The position numbers were made by a program, and so were the translations under genes. Shown here one piece after another: positions 39,163 through 51,208 of a stretch of DNA of 64,000 bases (within the stretch, counting starts at the first letter, position 1; each line of letters opens with the position of its first letter). A model generated the notes under the pieces. That model was not told where the DNA came from. It searched no databases and saw only the letters and a list, made by a program, of their open reading frames with translations. The DNA is from Paecilomyces variotii (Eukaryota). The DNA lies in assembly GCA_004022145.1 (NCBI GenBank), contig RCNU01000026.1. The stretch is one strand, 5' to 3'.

Positions 39163-40257
39163 CTACGTTTCCTTCCTGATTAGGCCACTGTCCTCGGGGA
39201 CGCGTTGTGCCCATTCCCTGTCACAGGTTAGTTGGCCATAACACTAGATCCAGAATATCAGAAATGGCAGTCTATAGGATACGTACGTCCAGCTTCCATC
39301 GTAGAGTCGTCTGTCATCTGGGCGACCGTAGTCTGCCTCCTGGAGCGCCGTCTCGATGACCGCAGCCGTCACACCAGTGCCACAGGAGCTGATAATAGGC
39401 TTTTTAGGGTCAATGCCTTTGGACTCGAAGACTTTCCGCAGCTCTTCACTTGGCAAGAGAGTCTTGGTCTCTGGGTCGAGAAGCTCCTGGAACGGCAAGC
39501 TCTTTGAACCGGGAATATGACCAGACGACAGGCCTGGGCGCGGTTCAGGATCGGTGCCAGCCCATCTGCCGTAGGATCTCGCATCTAGGATCTCGATTTC
39601 TCCACCGTTTTCCTTTGCGATCGTCTTCATCTCCGGGAAACGCACGATCATGTTGGTGTCATAGGTCGGAACAGGGTAATTGGTCTTCTCGACTGGCTCC
39701 GGCTCTCCCGTCTCGACGGGGAAGCCCTCGCGCACCCACAATCTGTAGTTGTCGAGGATATGCACACTTGGATGTCCGAAGACTCGAAGAGTCCAACCGA
39801 CGCGTGGGGCACTGAAAAGTCCAAGCTCCTCGGTGTCATAGACGACGATTTCGTCATCGCGGCGGATCCCCAATTCACTCATCGCTGAGGTGAAAGTCTC
39901 GCAGGTGGGCAGCATATGGGGGTATGGAGAGTCATGATCCTTGATGGCATCCAGGTCAAAGAAACGGGCGTGTGGGATGCGGTTCTTCCGGAAGACATCA
40001 ATTCCCTTCCGGCCTTCCGGGTCATTGGGCATAAACCAAGCCGCGCATAGCGGGATGATGCGAGGGGCAGTAGAAATCTTCGAACGGGGGCTTGGATTCT
40101 TCTTGAGAGCTTCGTTCAGCTGCTTCGGGGTGACTATATAGGAGGAGAAGGAGACCTGGCGGTGCTGCGGACGCTGCAGCAGCGGTGACTGGAAGGACAT
40201 GGTACGACGCACCAGCCGACAAGGAGAGGAAGAGAGACGAAGGGCTACCAGAGCCAT
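39163..40257 (-). CDS. TUM1: Thiosulfate/3-mercaptopyruvate sulfurtransferase (tandem rhodanese)
   Basis: PYPHMLP; FSAPRVGWT; SGHIPGS; active-site CGTGVTA; YDGSW|EWAQRV. Last exon ends at TAG 39163. Confidence 0.92.
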
Positions 40258-40470
40258 TGTTCAGGTGGGACAGCGCCTAGGAGAGATTCACATACCGGGG
40301 AAACGTCGGGGAGGCCAGAGGTCGGAGTAGGCTCATGAAGCAGCTCCCGATGTCGTATCAGCGGCGGGGAGAAGAGGCCGATCTGAGATATGACGGTGCG
40401 GAGAGAAGTGGAGGGACTTCAGGCCGTCCCGACGATAGGCGATACTTAGACTACTACTTAAAATCGTAGA

Positions 40471-40478
40471 GTAAACAA
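40471..40478 (+). promoter_or_regulatory. Forkhead-type motif GTAAACAA in the TUM1/APC11 divergent promoter
   Basis: Exact RTAAACA match about 90 bp upstream of the APC11 ATG. The motif is short and could be chance. Confidence 0.3.
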
Positions 40479-40562
40479 TCCACCGCCTGCCGGATCCACC
40501 ATCCGTGCACAAATCACCCTGGCACGTCTCTTACTACTTTATATACAACCCTATGTGACAGA

Positions 40563-41024
40563 ATGAAGGTCGCGATCAAGGAGTGGAATGCTGTCGCATC
40601 CTGGCGATGGGATATGCCGGAGGACGAGGTGTGCGGTATCTGTCGCGTGCAGTTTGACGGCACCTGTCCGACCTGCAAATTCCCTGGAGATGACTGCTCG
40701 CTGCGTATGTCTACTTTCTGTCTGTTTCAATTTCTAATGGACTCAGCTAACCAGAGAATAATAACGGTCTAGTACTGGGGAAATGCGGACACTCGTTTCA
40801 TATGGTGCGATTGTGGAGCTGGATATCCTAATTCCGAACTGTCTTGGTTACTGACAGAATTTTCGCTTGCAACAGCATTGTCTTCTAACGTGGATTCAGC
40901 AAGAGTCCTCGAAAGGGCTATGCCCTATGTGTAGGCAGAGTAAGTGTCCCTGCGCCATAGCCTTGGATGGCGATTGACAATATGTTTCTATCTAGAGTTC
41001 GAATGGAAGCAGAGCGAGGAATGA
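40563..41024 (+). CDS. APC11: Anaphase-promoting complex subunit 11 (RING-H2), 4 exons
   Basis: MKVAIKEWNAVASWRWDMPEDEVCGICRVQFDGTCPTCKFPGDDC..GKCGHSFHMHCLLTWIQQESSKGLCPMCRQ..FEWKQSEE*. Confidence 0.95.
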
Positions 41025-42717
41025 TGCACGTGACTTTGACCGGAGTCTCAAGTGCTGCAGGCAGCCTTGTATCGTTCTACAGCATCTCTAATCATTCACT
41101 TTGTATTATCGGGAAGCAAGCATCTGCTTTTTGTTGAATACGATATCACGATGTCCTGATGGACAGTATGTCAATAGTGCGACAGTCACAAAGGATGCCT
41201 TCGATGATGTCCAAATGCTTTTGTTCAGGAGAGCCACCCCAGTCCCAGCTTTCTACCGTCCACACGGCCTCCTCAACTCTCTTCTAAAAATCATCCTCGC
41301 TTTCATCCTCGTCCTCATGGTTCTCCGGGTCATGAACAGCAAAAGCGCTTATAAAGCTCACTCTCCACTTGCTTATACCGCCAGTCAGATGTTTGAGCAG
41401 ATGACACATCGAAGATGGCATAGTTAAAATTAGGGTGTTGAATCATCAAGGTGCTTTGGTCCCGGTCGGAGCTAACTGTGCTCTGCGTTGTATCTTCTAG
41501 TATAAGGCAAGCCAACGAGTGAGAATACATATGTATCGTAAGCAGAGAACCTGGGAAATAAGACTTTTGTTCATAAACCCCGTGTATGAGTGCCTTTATG
41601 TCGTGATCTCTCCTTTTACTCCCGCTGGGAGTTCAGAAAGAGCTACCAGGGGATAGCCGTGACCCAAGACTGTTCGAGATGCAAGCGATGACTGGCAGTC
41701 AGGGACGATCCACTCAACAGCCTAGTCAATGAACCAGGGCATCAATTTTAAAGTTGAACAGCGGACCTCAAACATCACCAAATTTATCGCCGGAAAACAA
41801 AAGCGGTGCATCAGTTGTTCTCCGTATTCAACAATTTTGATAATTCCTATCCTGAAGACTCTTTGCAGCCTCTGCTATAAGTTCTGGATCTGGTTTATAA
41901 GACCTTGGAGGCATGAGAGACGTCATTGAGCTGGACGAATTCTGTTAAGATCTCGTCTGTTCGATTGTAGAATATCTACCTGAATCTCGAGAGCAGGTGA
42001 GTTTCATAATTCATTGTGTGTGGGATGGGATCGATGTAACTGTTATTCTTTCCTATTGTAGCAAGTCGACGCGTCTCTTGCGGAACCACAGATAAGAGAT
42101 CAGGCTCACATACATTCCCAATAGGATTATCTGCGAACGTCCTACGAAAACGTCTCTCATCTTTTGCATGTTCTGTCGAGGGAATCCCGGAACAGCGCCC
42201 CTTCTGGGAACTATGACCGAGGAGTACAGAGTTTTCTTTGCATTACCGTCACAGCCAAGCAATGTGGCTTATCTGACAATAGGTCAGCTGCCACCTGGAT
42301 TATATATATGATGCTTTAATTGTCAGCAACTATGCGGTCTATTGGTGATTCAGTGACGGATCCGCGTCTTTCCGGATGCCGAAAGGTCGGTCCGGATGTA
42401 TGTAGGTATATATATATTCGCCACCCATGTTCTAGCTCGTAAGACCTCAACCATGGGTTCTTCTGCCCCTTCTCCGCGTCCCATGACAGCTGGGCTGGAG
42501 AGAGATCATGGGGATTCGAAGATGCGAGATCGTGCTGAGAGATGATGTCAGCAATGGTGCTAGCTTGTTGGTCCATTTGTGGGGTATTATGCGGCTTACC
42601 ATGTCTCTCATGGGGAAGACAAGAAGAATATAAGCCCCAGAAAGCCAACTGAACTTTGAGTAGAAGAATAGTATCTTGACTTGCTGAGGAGTATCCGTCA
42701 TATAATCTGAACCAATC

Positions 42718-44553
42718 ATGAAGAACCCGAATATCTTGACCGTTTATTTCGATGACAAGCGCCCGGAGTCCGAGAAACAGGGACATGGAGTAGATGTACA
42801 AGGACCGATTGATTACTCGCCGTTACCACGTGTCACGGCAAGGACTTTTTGGATGGGAGTGCTAGTTTCCATGGGGGGACTCATGTAAGCATAGAAAAAC
42901 ATCGATTCAGACGCTCAGGCATGTAAAGATAGCTGACTGACGATTGTCCTATGCAGCTTTGGATATGATACTGGTCAGATATCCGGGTTTCTCGAAATGC
43001 CTGATTTCCTAGATCGCTTTGGCCAGCGTAACTCGCAGGGAGTAGCATATTTCAGCACTGTCCGATCTGGACTGATCGTCGCCTTACTATCCATCGGAAC
43101 CCTCATCGGCGCTCTTGTCGCTGCCCCCGTAGCAGATAGGATTGGTCGAAAACATTCCATTTCATTTTGGTCAGTCATCGTCTCTGTGGGATTTATAGTC
43201 CAGATCGCTTCTGTCACTGCATGGTACCAGATGATGATCGGACGTTTCATCGCTGGACTGGGTGTTGGCGCCCTGAGTCTACTGGTCCCTATGTATCAAA
43301 GTGAAAGCGCTCCGCCATGGGTTCGAGGAGCGCTTGTTTCCACGTATCAGGTGGGTGTCTACATCCATTCGACTCGCATATAAAGAATGAACCGCTGTAC
43401 TCACATAATCAACCAGCTCTTCATTACCATGGGCATCTTCTTAGCAGCCTGTTTCAACTATGGAACTGTGGAGCACCAAGCTGGCAATTCTGGTTCATGG
43501 AGGATTGTCATCGGTTTGGGATGGCTCTGGGCAGGTATCCTTGGCTTCGGTATACAGGCATTTCCCGAGACCCCAAGATACGATTATAGGCACGGCCACG
43601 TCCAGCGAGCAACACGGACGCTCTGCAAAATCTACGGCGCGTCAGAGAATCACTGGAGCATTCAAGTACAGCTGGAAGAGATTGAGACTAAGTTTAAAGC
43701 TGAGAGCCAGCTTAAAGTCGGGCCGGTGCAGGACTTTATCAACATGCTACGTGCACCACGCATGGCTTATAGAATCGCGCTTGGAATCGGTCTGCAAGCT
43801 CTCCAGCAGCTTACAGGAGCGAATTATTTCTTCTACTATGGGACCACGATATTCAAATCTGTGGATATCAACTCCTATGTGACTCAGATCATTCTAAACA
43901 CCATAAATTTCGGTGTGACTTTCATCGGGCTCTATCTGGTTGAACACTACGGTCGTCGCAAATCTCTGATCGCAGGGTCCATTTGGATGTTTGTTTGCTT
44001 CTTAATCTTTGCTTCAGTGGGTCATTTTTCCCTGGATCGAAACAATCCGCAGAATACTCGTGGTGCAGGCATTGCCCTGATCGTCTTTGCGTGCTTCTTC
44101 ATCCTTGGATTTGCAACCACGTGGGGGCCCATGATCTGGACGATTATGTCCGAGATATATCCGTCCAGATATCGTGCTAAGGCCATGTCTCTTGCTACCG
44201 CGAGCAATTGGACATGGAATTTCCTCATAGCCTTCTTCACCCCGTTCATCACCAAGTCGATCGATTTCCGCTACGGTTACGTTTTTGCCGGATGCAATGT
44301 CCTCGCCGCAGCTGTGGTATACTTTTTCGTCATAGAAGGACAGGGTAAAACGCTCGAGGAAATCGACACAATGTACCTCGAGGGCGTCCCTGCGTGGAAG
44401 AGCTCCAAGTGGATTCCGCCACCACAGGCTGAAATGGCACATATTAGACAGAGGGCTGGTACTGAACTAACGCCAGATGATCATAGCAAAGATCGTGCGG
44501 TCCATAATGGTGAAGAGGCCAATCCTCAGATATCGCATCATGAGGCAGTCTGA
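42718..44553 (+). CDS. Hexose transporter (MFS sugar porter), 3 exons
   Basis: ATG42718 MKNPN..VSMGGL|IFGYDTGQISG; DRIGRK; PMYQSESAP; PETPRY; QQLTGANYFFYYG; EHYGRR; WGPMIW. Confidence 0.93.
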
Positions 44554-45329
44554 TGATGGTCCGGGTAGATTTCTGACGTTGACTACAGGGTGAATAGGAG
44601 GAAATTCAATTGAGATCTTCGTGACCATGAGCTTACCATGCACCGTCGTTGATGGCAAACATACTTCCGCTGGCTTCGTATCGGAACTCGGGCATTGGAG
44701 TAATGCTGGTTTCAAGTGAAATTAACGTAGTACACTAGGTACTTAGCATATTTGGTAGAATGGACCAATGCAAACAGCCAATCCCGACCACATCTGGCAT
44801 GTAGCAATGTTATTGAATGATCTGATCCTCTAAATCAGGTAGAGAGGAGATTTACATTTGCGCTAAGTAGACGCAGATCGCTATCTAGTGCGAAATACGG
44901 TCTGGAAGAGCTTGAATAGATGCCCTCATTCTCTCCTATAAGGACGCAGAATATAATAGCATCACCATAAACAAGATAGAGCAAATACTGACCTGCCAAA
45001 GTACCACTTCTAACCGTTGAACGCCAATCTTGATCTATCAGATTCCTAAGTCGATCCCTAAATCACTCGGACGGAAGGGCAGCCGGTGTCGCATTTAAGT
45101 TAAGGTAAGACGGCGTCTCCATCCGCCAGAAGCTCCCACTAGACTAACTAGTTAGTTCAATAAGTGAACCGACTTAACTACCTTACTTACCTACTACTAA
45201 CTCACTGACTGACTGACCTGACCATTAACCTCCAGCTGCTATGACCTCGTTGCCAGCAGTGAAGAGCTTCTTCTCCTACTGACTACCACTTCCCGCCATG
45301 TAGCCCTGTCTACGCTGCTCCGGATAAGA

Positions 45330-46409
45330 ATGTCTCTACCCAAACAGACCGTTCCGCATCTGTCGGCATCGTCATCCAAGCAATCTCTCCGCGCATCCAA
45401 CAACACAGTGCCTCGATCGCGCACGGGCGCTGTAGAGCCACACGCGACCTCTTCTACTCCATCTGAGTCCGGTCCAGCTGGTGAGCTTCAGCTTCAGCAC
45501 CAGCACCAGCACCAGCATCACGGGGACGGCGTGAGCTCCGAGGAGAGACGACACAGTTTCGCATCCTCCCAACAGCCACAGTTCCGGCCGTTCTTCACTC
45601 TCGTCGAAGACACCAACGCCTCTGAACATTACCATCCTACAGTACATTACATCTTCTCAGACGATGATACGGACATCGTTACGGAGGCGGCGCTGCGCTC
45701 GCTAGAGGCAGATCATGGCATCGTCCCACCGGTGACGACAGGACAGGAGGTCGGCACAACGTACGAAGGAGACCCCGAGCTCGAGGACAGTCGGCAGTCG
45801 GATGTCAGAAAAACGTCCTCCCTGCCACCGCCCATACCGGGCGTCAGGGAGCACTATATCATCTTGGACATGGAGCCGACGAACCCAGAGCAGCTACAGA
45901 ATCCGGATCCCGCCACTGGAGGCGGACCACCATCGCTGTCGACCTCACCAGCTGCACCGCAGCAGCAGCAGCCTCCGCCTCAATTCACAGTCACATCCGC
46001 CCAGAGCCTTACGCCCGCCTGGCAGGTGTTGAAAACGCATCTGACGCCTGCCCCCACGTTCGACACCACCACATCACCGGGCGACCAGCAGCAACAGCCC
46101 GGGTTGTCCAGCGGTGTCATGCTGAAGATCGAGGGCACATCCGGACAGCCGCGGGAACCGATCCTGCGGGATCGAGATAGCAAGGATGGCGGGCAAACAC
46201 TCGAGGAGATGATGGAGCAGTTTGAAAAGCGCATGGGCGAGTTGCGGCTCGTCATCGAGGCAGGTGGCGGATTGCCAGCCCACGAAGGCCGCGGCATACA
46301 AGAAACAGAGGCAGAGGGCGAAGAAAATACAGAGCAGGAACCGCCTGGTCAAGCTAGCCCGGATCCAGCCCAGCAGAGCGAAGAACAGGAGACAGATCGA
46401 CCCCAATAG
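45330..46409 (+). CDS. Conserved fungal protein; candidate Atg31-like autophagy factor
   Basis: Intronless 359-aa ORF with ordered blocks FFTLVED, HPTVHYIFSDDD, HYIILDM, VTSAQSLTPAWQV, MLKIEG and a C-terminal helix LEEMMEQFEKRMGELR, separated by low-complexity linkers. The gene is secure; the Atg31 call is inference. Confidence 0.75.
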   Translation: MSLPKQTVPHLSASSSKQSLRASNNTVPRSRTGAVEPHATSSTPSESGPAGELQLQHQHQHQHHGDGVSSEERRHSFASSQQPQFRPFFTLVEDTNASEHYHPTVHYIFSDDDTDIVTEAALRSLEADHGIVPPVTTGQEVGTTYEGDPELEDSRQSDVRKTSSLPPPIPGVREHYIILDMEPTNPEQLQNPDPATGGGPPSLSTSPAAPQQQQPPPQFTVTSAQSLTPAWQVLKTHLTPAPTFDTTTSPGDQQQQPGLSSGVMLKIEGTSGQPREPILRDRDSKDGGQTLEEMMEQFEKRMGELRLVIEAGGGLPAHEGRGIQETEAEGEENTEQEPPGQASPDPAQQSEEQETDRPQ

Positions 46410-46948
46410 ACCGATTTGTTCGAGCTACTCTATAGGATAGATTTACGGTGTATTCTACATATTGTATGACGGCATGGAACTTGACCTCTCCTCCACATCT
46501 AAAGAGGTGAGCGAGGCTTAACTGGGTCATTCATTCGTATAAACATTACGTTCTCCTCTCTCTGCATATTCCTGGGTTGAGAAACAAACTACGTTATTGA
46601 CGAGACATGATCACTCTCGTCCTCGATTCGACCAGTAGTACATCTTTATGAGCCGCCCGTATATAAAGGAACAAGGCTTAGGATAATGAATTAAGACCGA
46701 CTGGGCCAGTAGCTGTACAACCCAATCCAGCAAGCGATATAAACAAGGCCATTCTATACCAGAAATACAAAACTCCGTTCGCCGAATGGCCCAACAAAAG
46801 AAAAGATCCCGACGGCCCGTGACTTGTTCCCTAAAATAAGAATTGCAAATGAAGTGCCGGGGCATTGAAACCCCAAAAACAACCAGTAGGGGTATCGTCT
46901 TATCCAAACCAAAGCCAAACTCCAATCCAAAACTAAAAGCACTGTAGC

Positions 46949-49900
46949 TCAAGTCGAAGGCCGGCTTCTCAGCCGCCGCCCATTATACTCTCCGGTCGAG
47001 ATGGGGATGTTCTCCCTTCCTTCCATCATACCCGCTAACTTTTTAGCTGTGATCTTCTGCGGGAGATTACTTTTTGCAATAGCTGACGAGGAAGCATGTC
47101 TTTTCAATGGTGGAGCCATGTCGTCCTCCTCGGAGATCAGGTCCTTTTCCATGATGGTGGCAGAAACATGTGATGTCGTGACAGCGTCAGAGTCGGCACT
47201 ACAAACGAGTGGTTTCGCGGCGACGTTTATATCGACTTCCCTAAGTCCCGTGTTGGATGGTGTGCCTGCAGTGGTTGGAGGTGGGAGAGACCCTACCTCG
47301 TCCTCTAGGTCATTATAAACAAGGGTTTTCGATGGAGAACCTAGCAATGGGCCACCCAACGGTGCCACCGCATCCTCCTCGCTTTCCAGTGGTGAGAGCA
47401 AGGGTTGTTGCTGTTTCAGAGGAGACTGCTGTTTTTTCGTAGGAGAGACAGATGATTGATACGATTTCCGCCGTCTCGCCAGGAGCGCCTCGTGCGACTC
47501 TGTGCGCGGGAGCTTCGACGGGTACTCGTAATGCGATTTTTGCGGTGTCTCCCCAGTAACGGTGTATTCAGCCATCGGAGCATTCTGAATATTCGTTCGG
47601 AGCTCCGCGAGGGGCTTGCGTACTCCATCAGATAATGGAACTGCAGACTCCTCTACAGTGTTCTTCTGCCGGTTGATGTCTTCCTGGAATCCACGGGCTC
47701 GGTCACCAAAGCCTGTGAAATGCTCACGCAGGCTGGAGTATGACTCGCGGACGTTTGCAGACAGGCTGTCCAGGTTCTCCAGATGCATTTCGTGGTACCG
47801 GCCGTTCTGGGATCGAGCCTTGGTCACGAAATCGTCCAAGGCCTCCATTTGTATAGCAACATCATTCATTTGGGCATCTACTATACGGACAGTCTCTTGA
47901 TGGACCGACTCCGTTGCCTTCTGGATGGAAGCATTGCGTTCATCGAACATCTAACAATGTCAGCCTTGATCGGACTAACAAGGGCAGTTGTCTTACCGTC
48001 CAATCACTTTTCATCTTATTCTTCAGATCGTCCCTTGTAGCAGTTATTTCATCGACAAACTTATCTTCCTTGAGAGCCCATTTGTCCATGCTTTCTCCAT
48101 ATGCATTGCCAGCTTGTTCCAGAGTCTGGTCGGAGGATGCCATGTCTGCTCGTATATTGTTGACCTTGCTCCTCAGGCGAGCTGCCTGCTTCTGTGCAGA
48201 TTTCTCTATCAGAAGTTCAATCTGAGAGAGCAATTCAGCACGCTCAGCCTCTGCACCTTCACGCTCCTCGTCCAACGCCTGCCCCAGCTGCGATGACGCT
48301 GTCTGGTTGGCTAAGACCGCTCGACGGTTTGCTTCCTGCAGCTGAGAGCGCAGTCCCATGACTTCAGACTTCTGGGATTCAAGGTGCATAAGCATGTTCT
48401 CAAACATCGACTTGAACTCCCTGCCGAGGTCGCTGTACGATGCATGGAGCTACATAGATCAGTACGTCTCTCACTTGATAATCGACGTCAAACTTACCTG
48501 CGTGTGGAAGTCTGTCAACTCATCGATGACCTCCTTGGAGATGCGAGCCGCTGCGGCCGACAATCCATTCAGCCCTTCACCAACCCTGGTTTTGACATTC
48601 TCCCGAAGCACTTTGATCTCTTCGAGGATGTCGTTCATCTCATCGTGGGCGTTGGATGTCTGCGCCTTTGCCTCCGATTCCGCCTCATCAAAAAGTGACG
48701 TAAAGTCGCTCAGTTGCGATTGACTCAACTCCACGTTGTTAATCTCGGACTGCACGAATCGGGTAATCTTGGACGAGAAAGCTGACAATAGCTGCGAATG
48801 CTGCTGTTGAAACTGCTCCACTCGGCTATCTACCAGGCTTGTCACATCCACTACCTCCGAGGTTGATGCCTGCCATGTCTCGCGGTTCAGAGCGTGCAGA
48901 TCCGATTTTCGCCGGAGTTTCAAGCGCAGTCCGTTCATGTCTCCCACCGTTCTGTCCAAGGTGGAAACAAGGTCGGTGCCAATGTTATGCAGTTTCTCCT
49001 CGGTCTCCTGGTGTGCTTTGCGCAGCATTTCTTCTTCGTCCAGCATCCGCCGGGTGTCCTCAAGGACAATCTCCGTCTGCTTTAGCAGATCATTAGTTCC
49101 TTCAAGCGCGGCTCGAGTTTCTTCATTGTCTTTCCTCAGATTGTTGAAATTGCTGGTCAAGGCGAATATTTCCTGCAGCTTATTCTTCAGATTCGCTTCC
49201 ATCATCTCGATTTTCACTCGTTGCTCCTCGTTCACAATCCGTCGCGACTCGCTCTCGACTGTCATCTCCTCGTATGCTTCCGTCGACAGGTACACCCCGT
49301 TTCTGTGCCTTGTCGCAATCAGATCGCTTTTCAGCTTTTCGATCTCGTATGTGTATTCGCGCAGGAGTGTCTTTTTGGACATGGCCAAATTGATCTGCGG
49401 CCTATTGCGGATGTTCTTTGCGCGGAATGCATAATCCAGGGTAGATATGGTCTCCTCGAGGTTGCTCCTAGAATTCGAAATGGTAGCGATTATGCACGTC
49501 TTAGTTTGTCCTCCCAAAGAATCTTGCAGTAGCCGCGTGAGCTTGGACTCTCTGGTATTCGTTAGTGAATCGGTCTGGGACAGAAGGGAAGCAAACCAAC
49601 CTGTAGGGAATATGGGAACTCTTGTCGACCAGTGCGTTGATGACCCGACCCAAAGTGAGCAAGCTCTTGTTGATCAGACCAGCTTCCACCGCTCGTTTGT
49701 TTTCAGCGCCACTGCGGCCAATATTCTCGCTTCCTGCCAGGTCCACCAAGTTCAACTTTGCCGAACCAATATTCTCTTCCCCTGACTCGGATACGCGTTT
49801 TGTGAAAACTGTAATGGTAAACACGGTGTGACTGCGCGAACTGAGATCGTTGCACTTTGTGGCCGCGACCTGGCGGCGGTGACTGCCGCGCTGCAACAGC

Positions 49901-50750
49901 TTGATACCTGCATGTGCCGAATCGATGTATGTCTCCTCCATGCCCTGCACCATTGTGCTTCCGCTATGGCCCTTCTTGCCCTCGTTTTCAAAAATTTTGA
50001 GTTTTGAGTTGTCTTCCGCGGAGAGCAAATCCCTCAGTTCTTCGTTGTACAGCTCAATGAACGAGCATTTCACGGTACTGTCTGTCTCCTCTAATTTTCG
50101 GAAAAGCGCGTACAACACTCGAGGGATGATACCTGCGTTATCAGACAGAAGCCCTAGCGTGTCAGTCATATCTCCTGACATCGTATACGTCTTGCCAGTG
50201 CCCGTCTGGCCATACGCGAATATCGTGCAGTTATAGCCGGAGAGCATCTTGGAAAGCTGTCAGTGAAAATCACGCTTATAGCTAGCGCTCATGATCAACA
50301 TACCTCATTCAATATAGGGGCCACAACATCCTCAAAGATGATCGCTTGGTCTGCAGCGGGCGAGAAAACTCTATCAAAATGGTACGTTTTGTTGCTGACC
50401 GCGTTCGGCCCCATGGACAACTCAACGTTCGATCCTTTGACGCCTTCAGTGGCCACCGCTACCCCACTGTTCTCCTTCACCTCCCGTTCAGTCCTTCCAC
50501 GACAACGGACGACGACATGGATGTTGGTTTCCGCGCCCGCTTCTGGATCGAAGTCTCTCTCTTTGCGCTTGGTTCCAGCCGTCGATAGCGTGCTTGGAGT
50601 ATTCTGACCGCTCCTCATTGATGTGACAGACTTCACTGCCGGCGATTGCGACCGCTCTGATGCTGTAGAGGCCAGTCGCCGTGTTGTAGGGGGGCGCAGG
50701 CCGGTTTTCCTCGTCGCCAGCCCGGAGGCAGGCCGTTGCGGGCCAGCCAT
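46949..50750 (-). CDS. bimC: Kinesin-5 (BimC family) spindle motor, 5 exons
   Basis: [10 protein letters not shown]-loop [36 protein letters not shown]; coiled-coil stalk; BimC box TGETPQK. Confidence 0.96.
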
Positions 50751-50939
50751 GGTGCGATGGCAAGTGGTGTGTGATTATGATGATAAGCTGTATCAGGAAT
50801 GAATATATGTCGACTGTAAGCCCCAGATAGATCTATGAAGAAGTAGTCTCTGTAACGTGGGGCGCCCAGATGAGGAGCTGTGGTCAATACCGTCAAGTGT
50901 GCTTTCTCCAAGTTGTTTGGGCGGCTCAAGAGGGAAAAC

Positions 50940-50948
50940 GTAAACAAA
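50940..50948. promoter_or_regulatory. Forkhead-type motif GTAAACAAA in the bimC/UPF0183 divergent promoter
   Basis: Exact motif about 190 bp upstream of the bimC ATG, next to CGCG-rich sequence. Confidence 0.35.
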
Positions 50949-51208
50949 GCGCGCACGTGCCACGCATAACCCCGAGCTCTTTCTCCGCCTGTCACGCCCG
51001 CCGTTCACATGACCGATGACCGTATCTCATGCTGACCAGCTTCACCTCAACCTCGCGTCGAGGAACAGGACTTTTACGGCTCTTGGGCCGTATTTCTCTT
51101 CTTCCATCGTGATATATTCCATTTGTCGAATCAGTGCTTATTTCCCTGTTGTCTCTGCGGAGATCCCAGATCCGTTACTGTCAGGCATGATAAGATAACG
51201 TCGGTACC

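Noticed and set aside
41101-42700. ORFs 41101-41427 (+) and 42316-42801 (-)
   Set aside because: They lie in the APC11 3' region and the transporter promoter and have no recognisable domains.
45135-45235. ACTA/ACTG/ACCT short-unit runs upstream of the Atg31-like gene, and the (TAA)/(CATAAT) run near 25228-25255
   Set aside because: Low-complexity microsatellite-like sequence with no spacer structure or other evidence of function.
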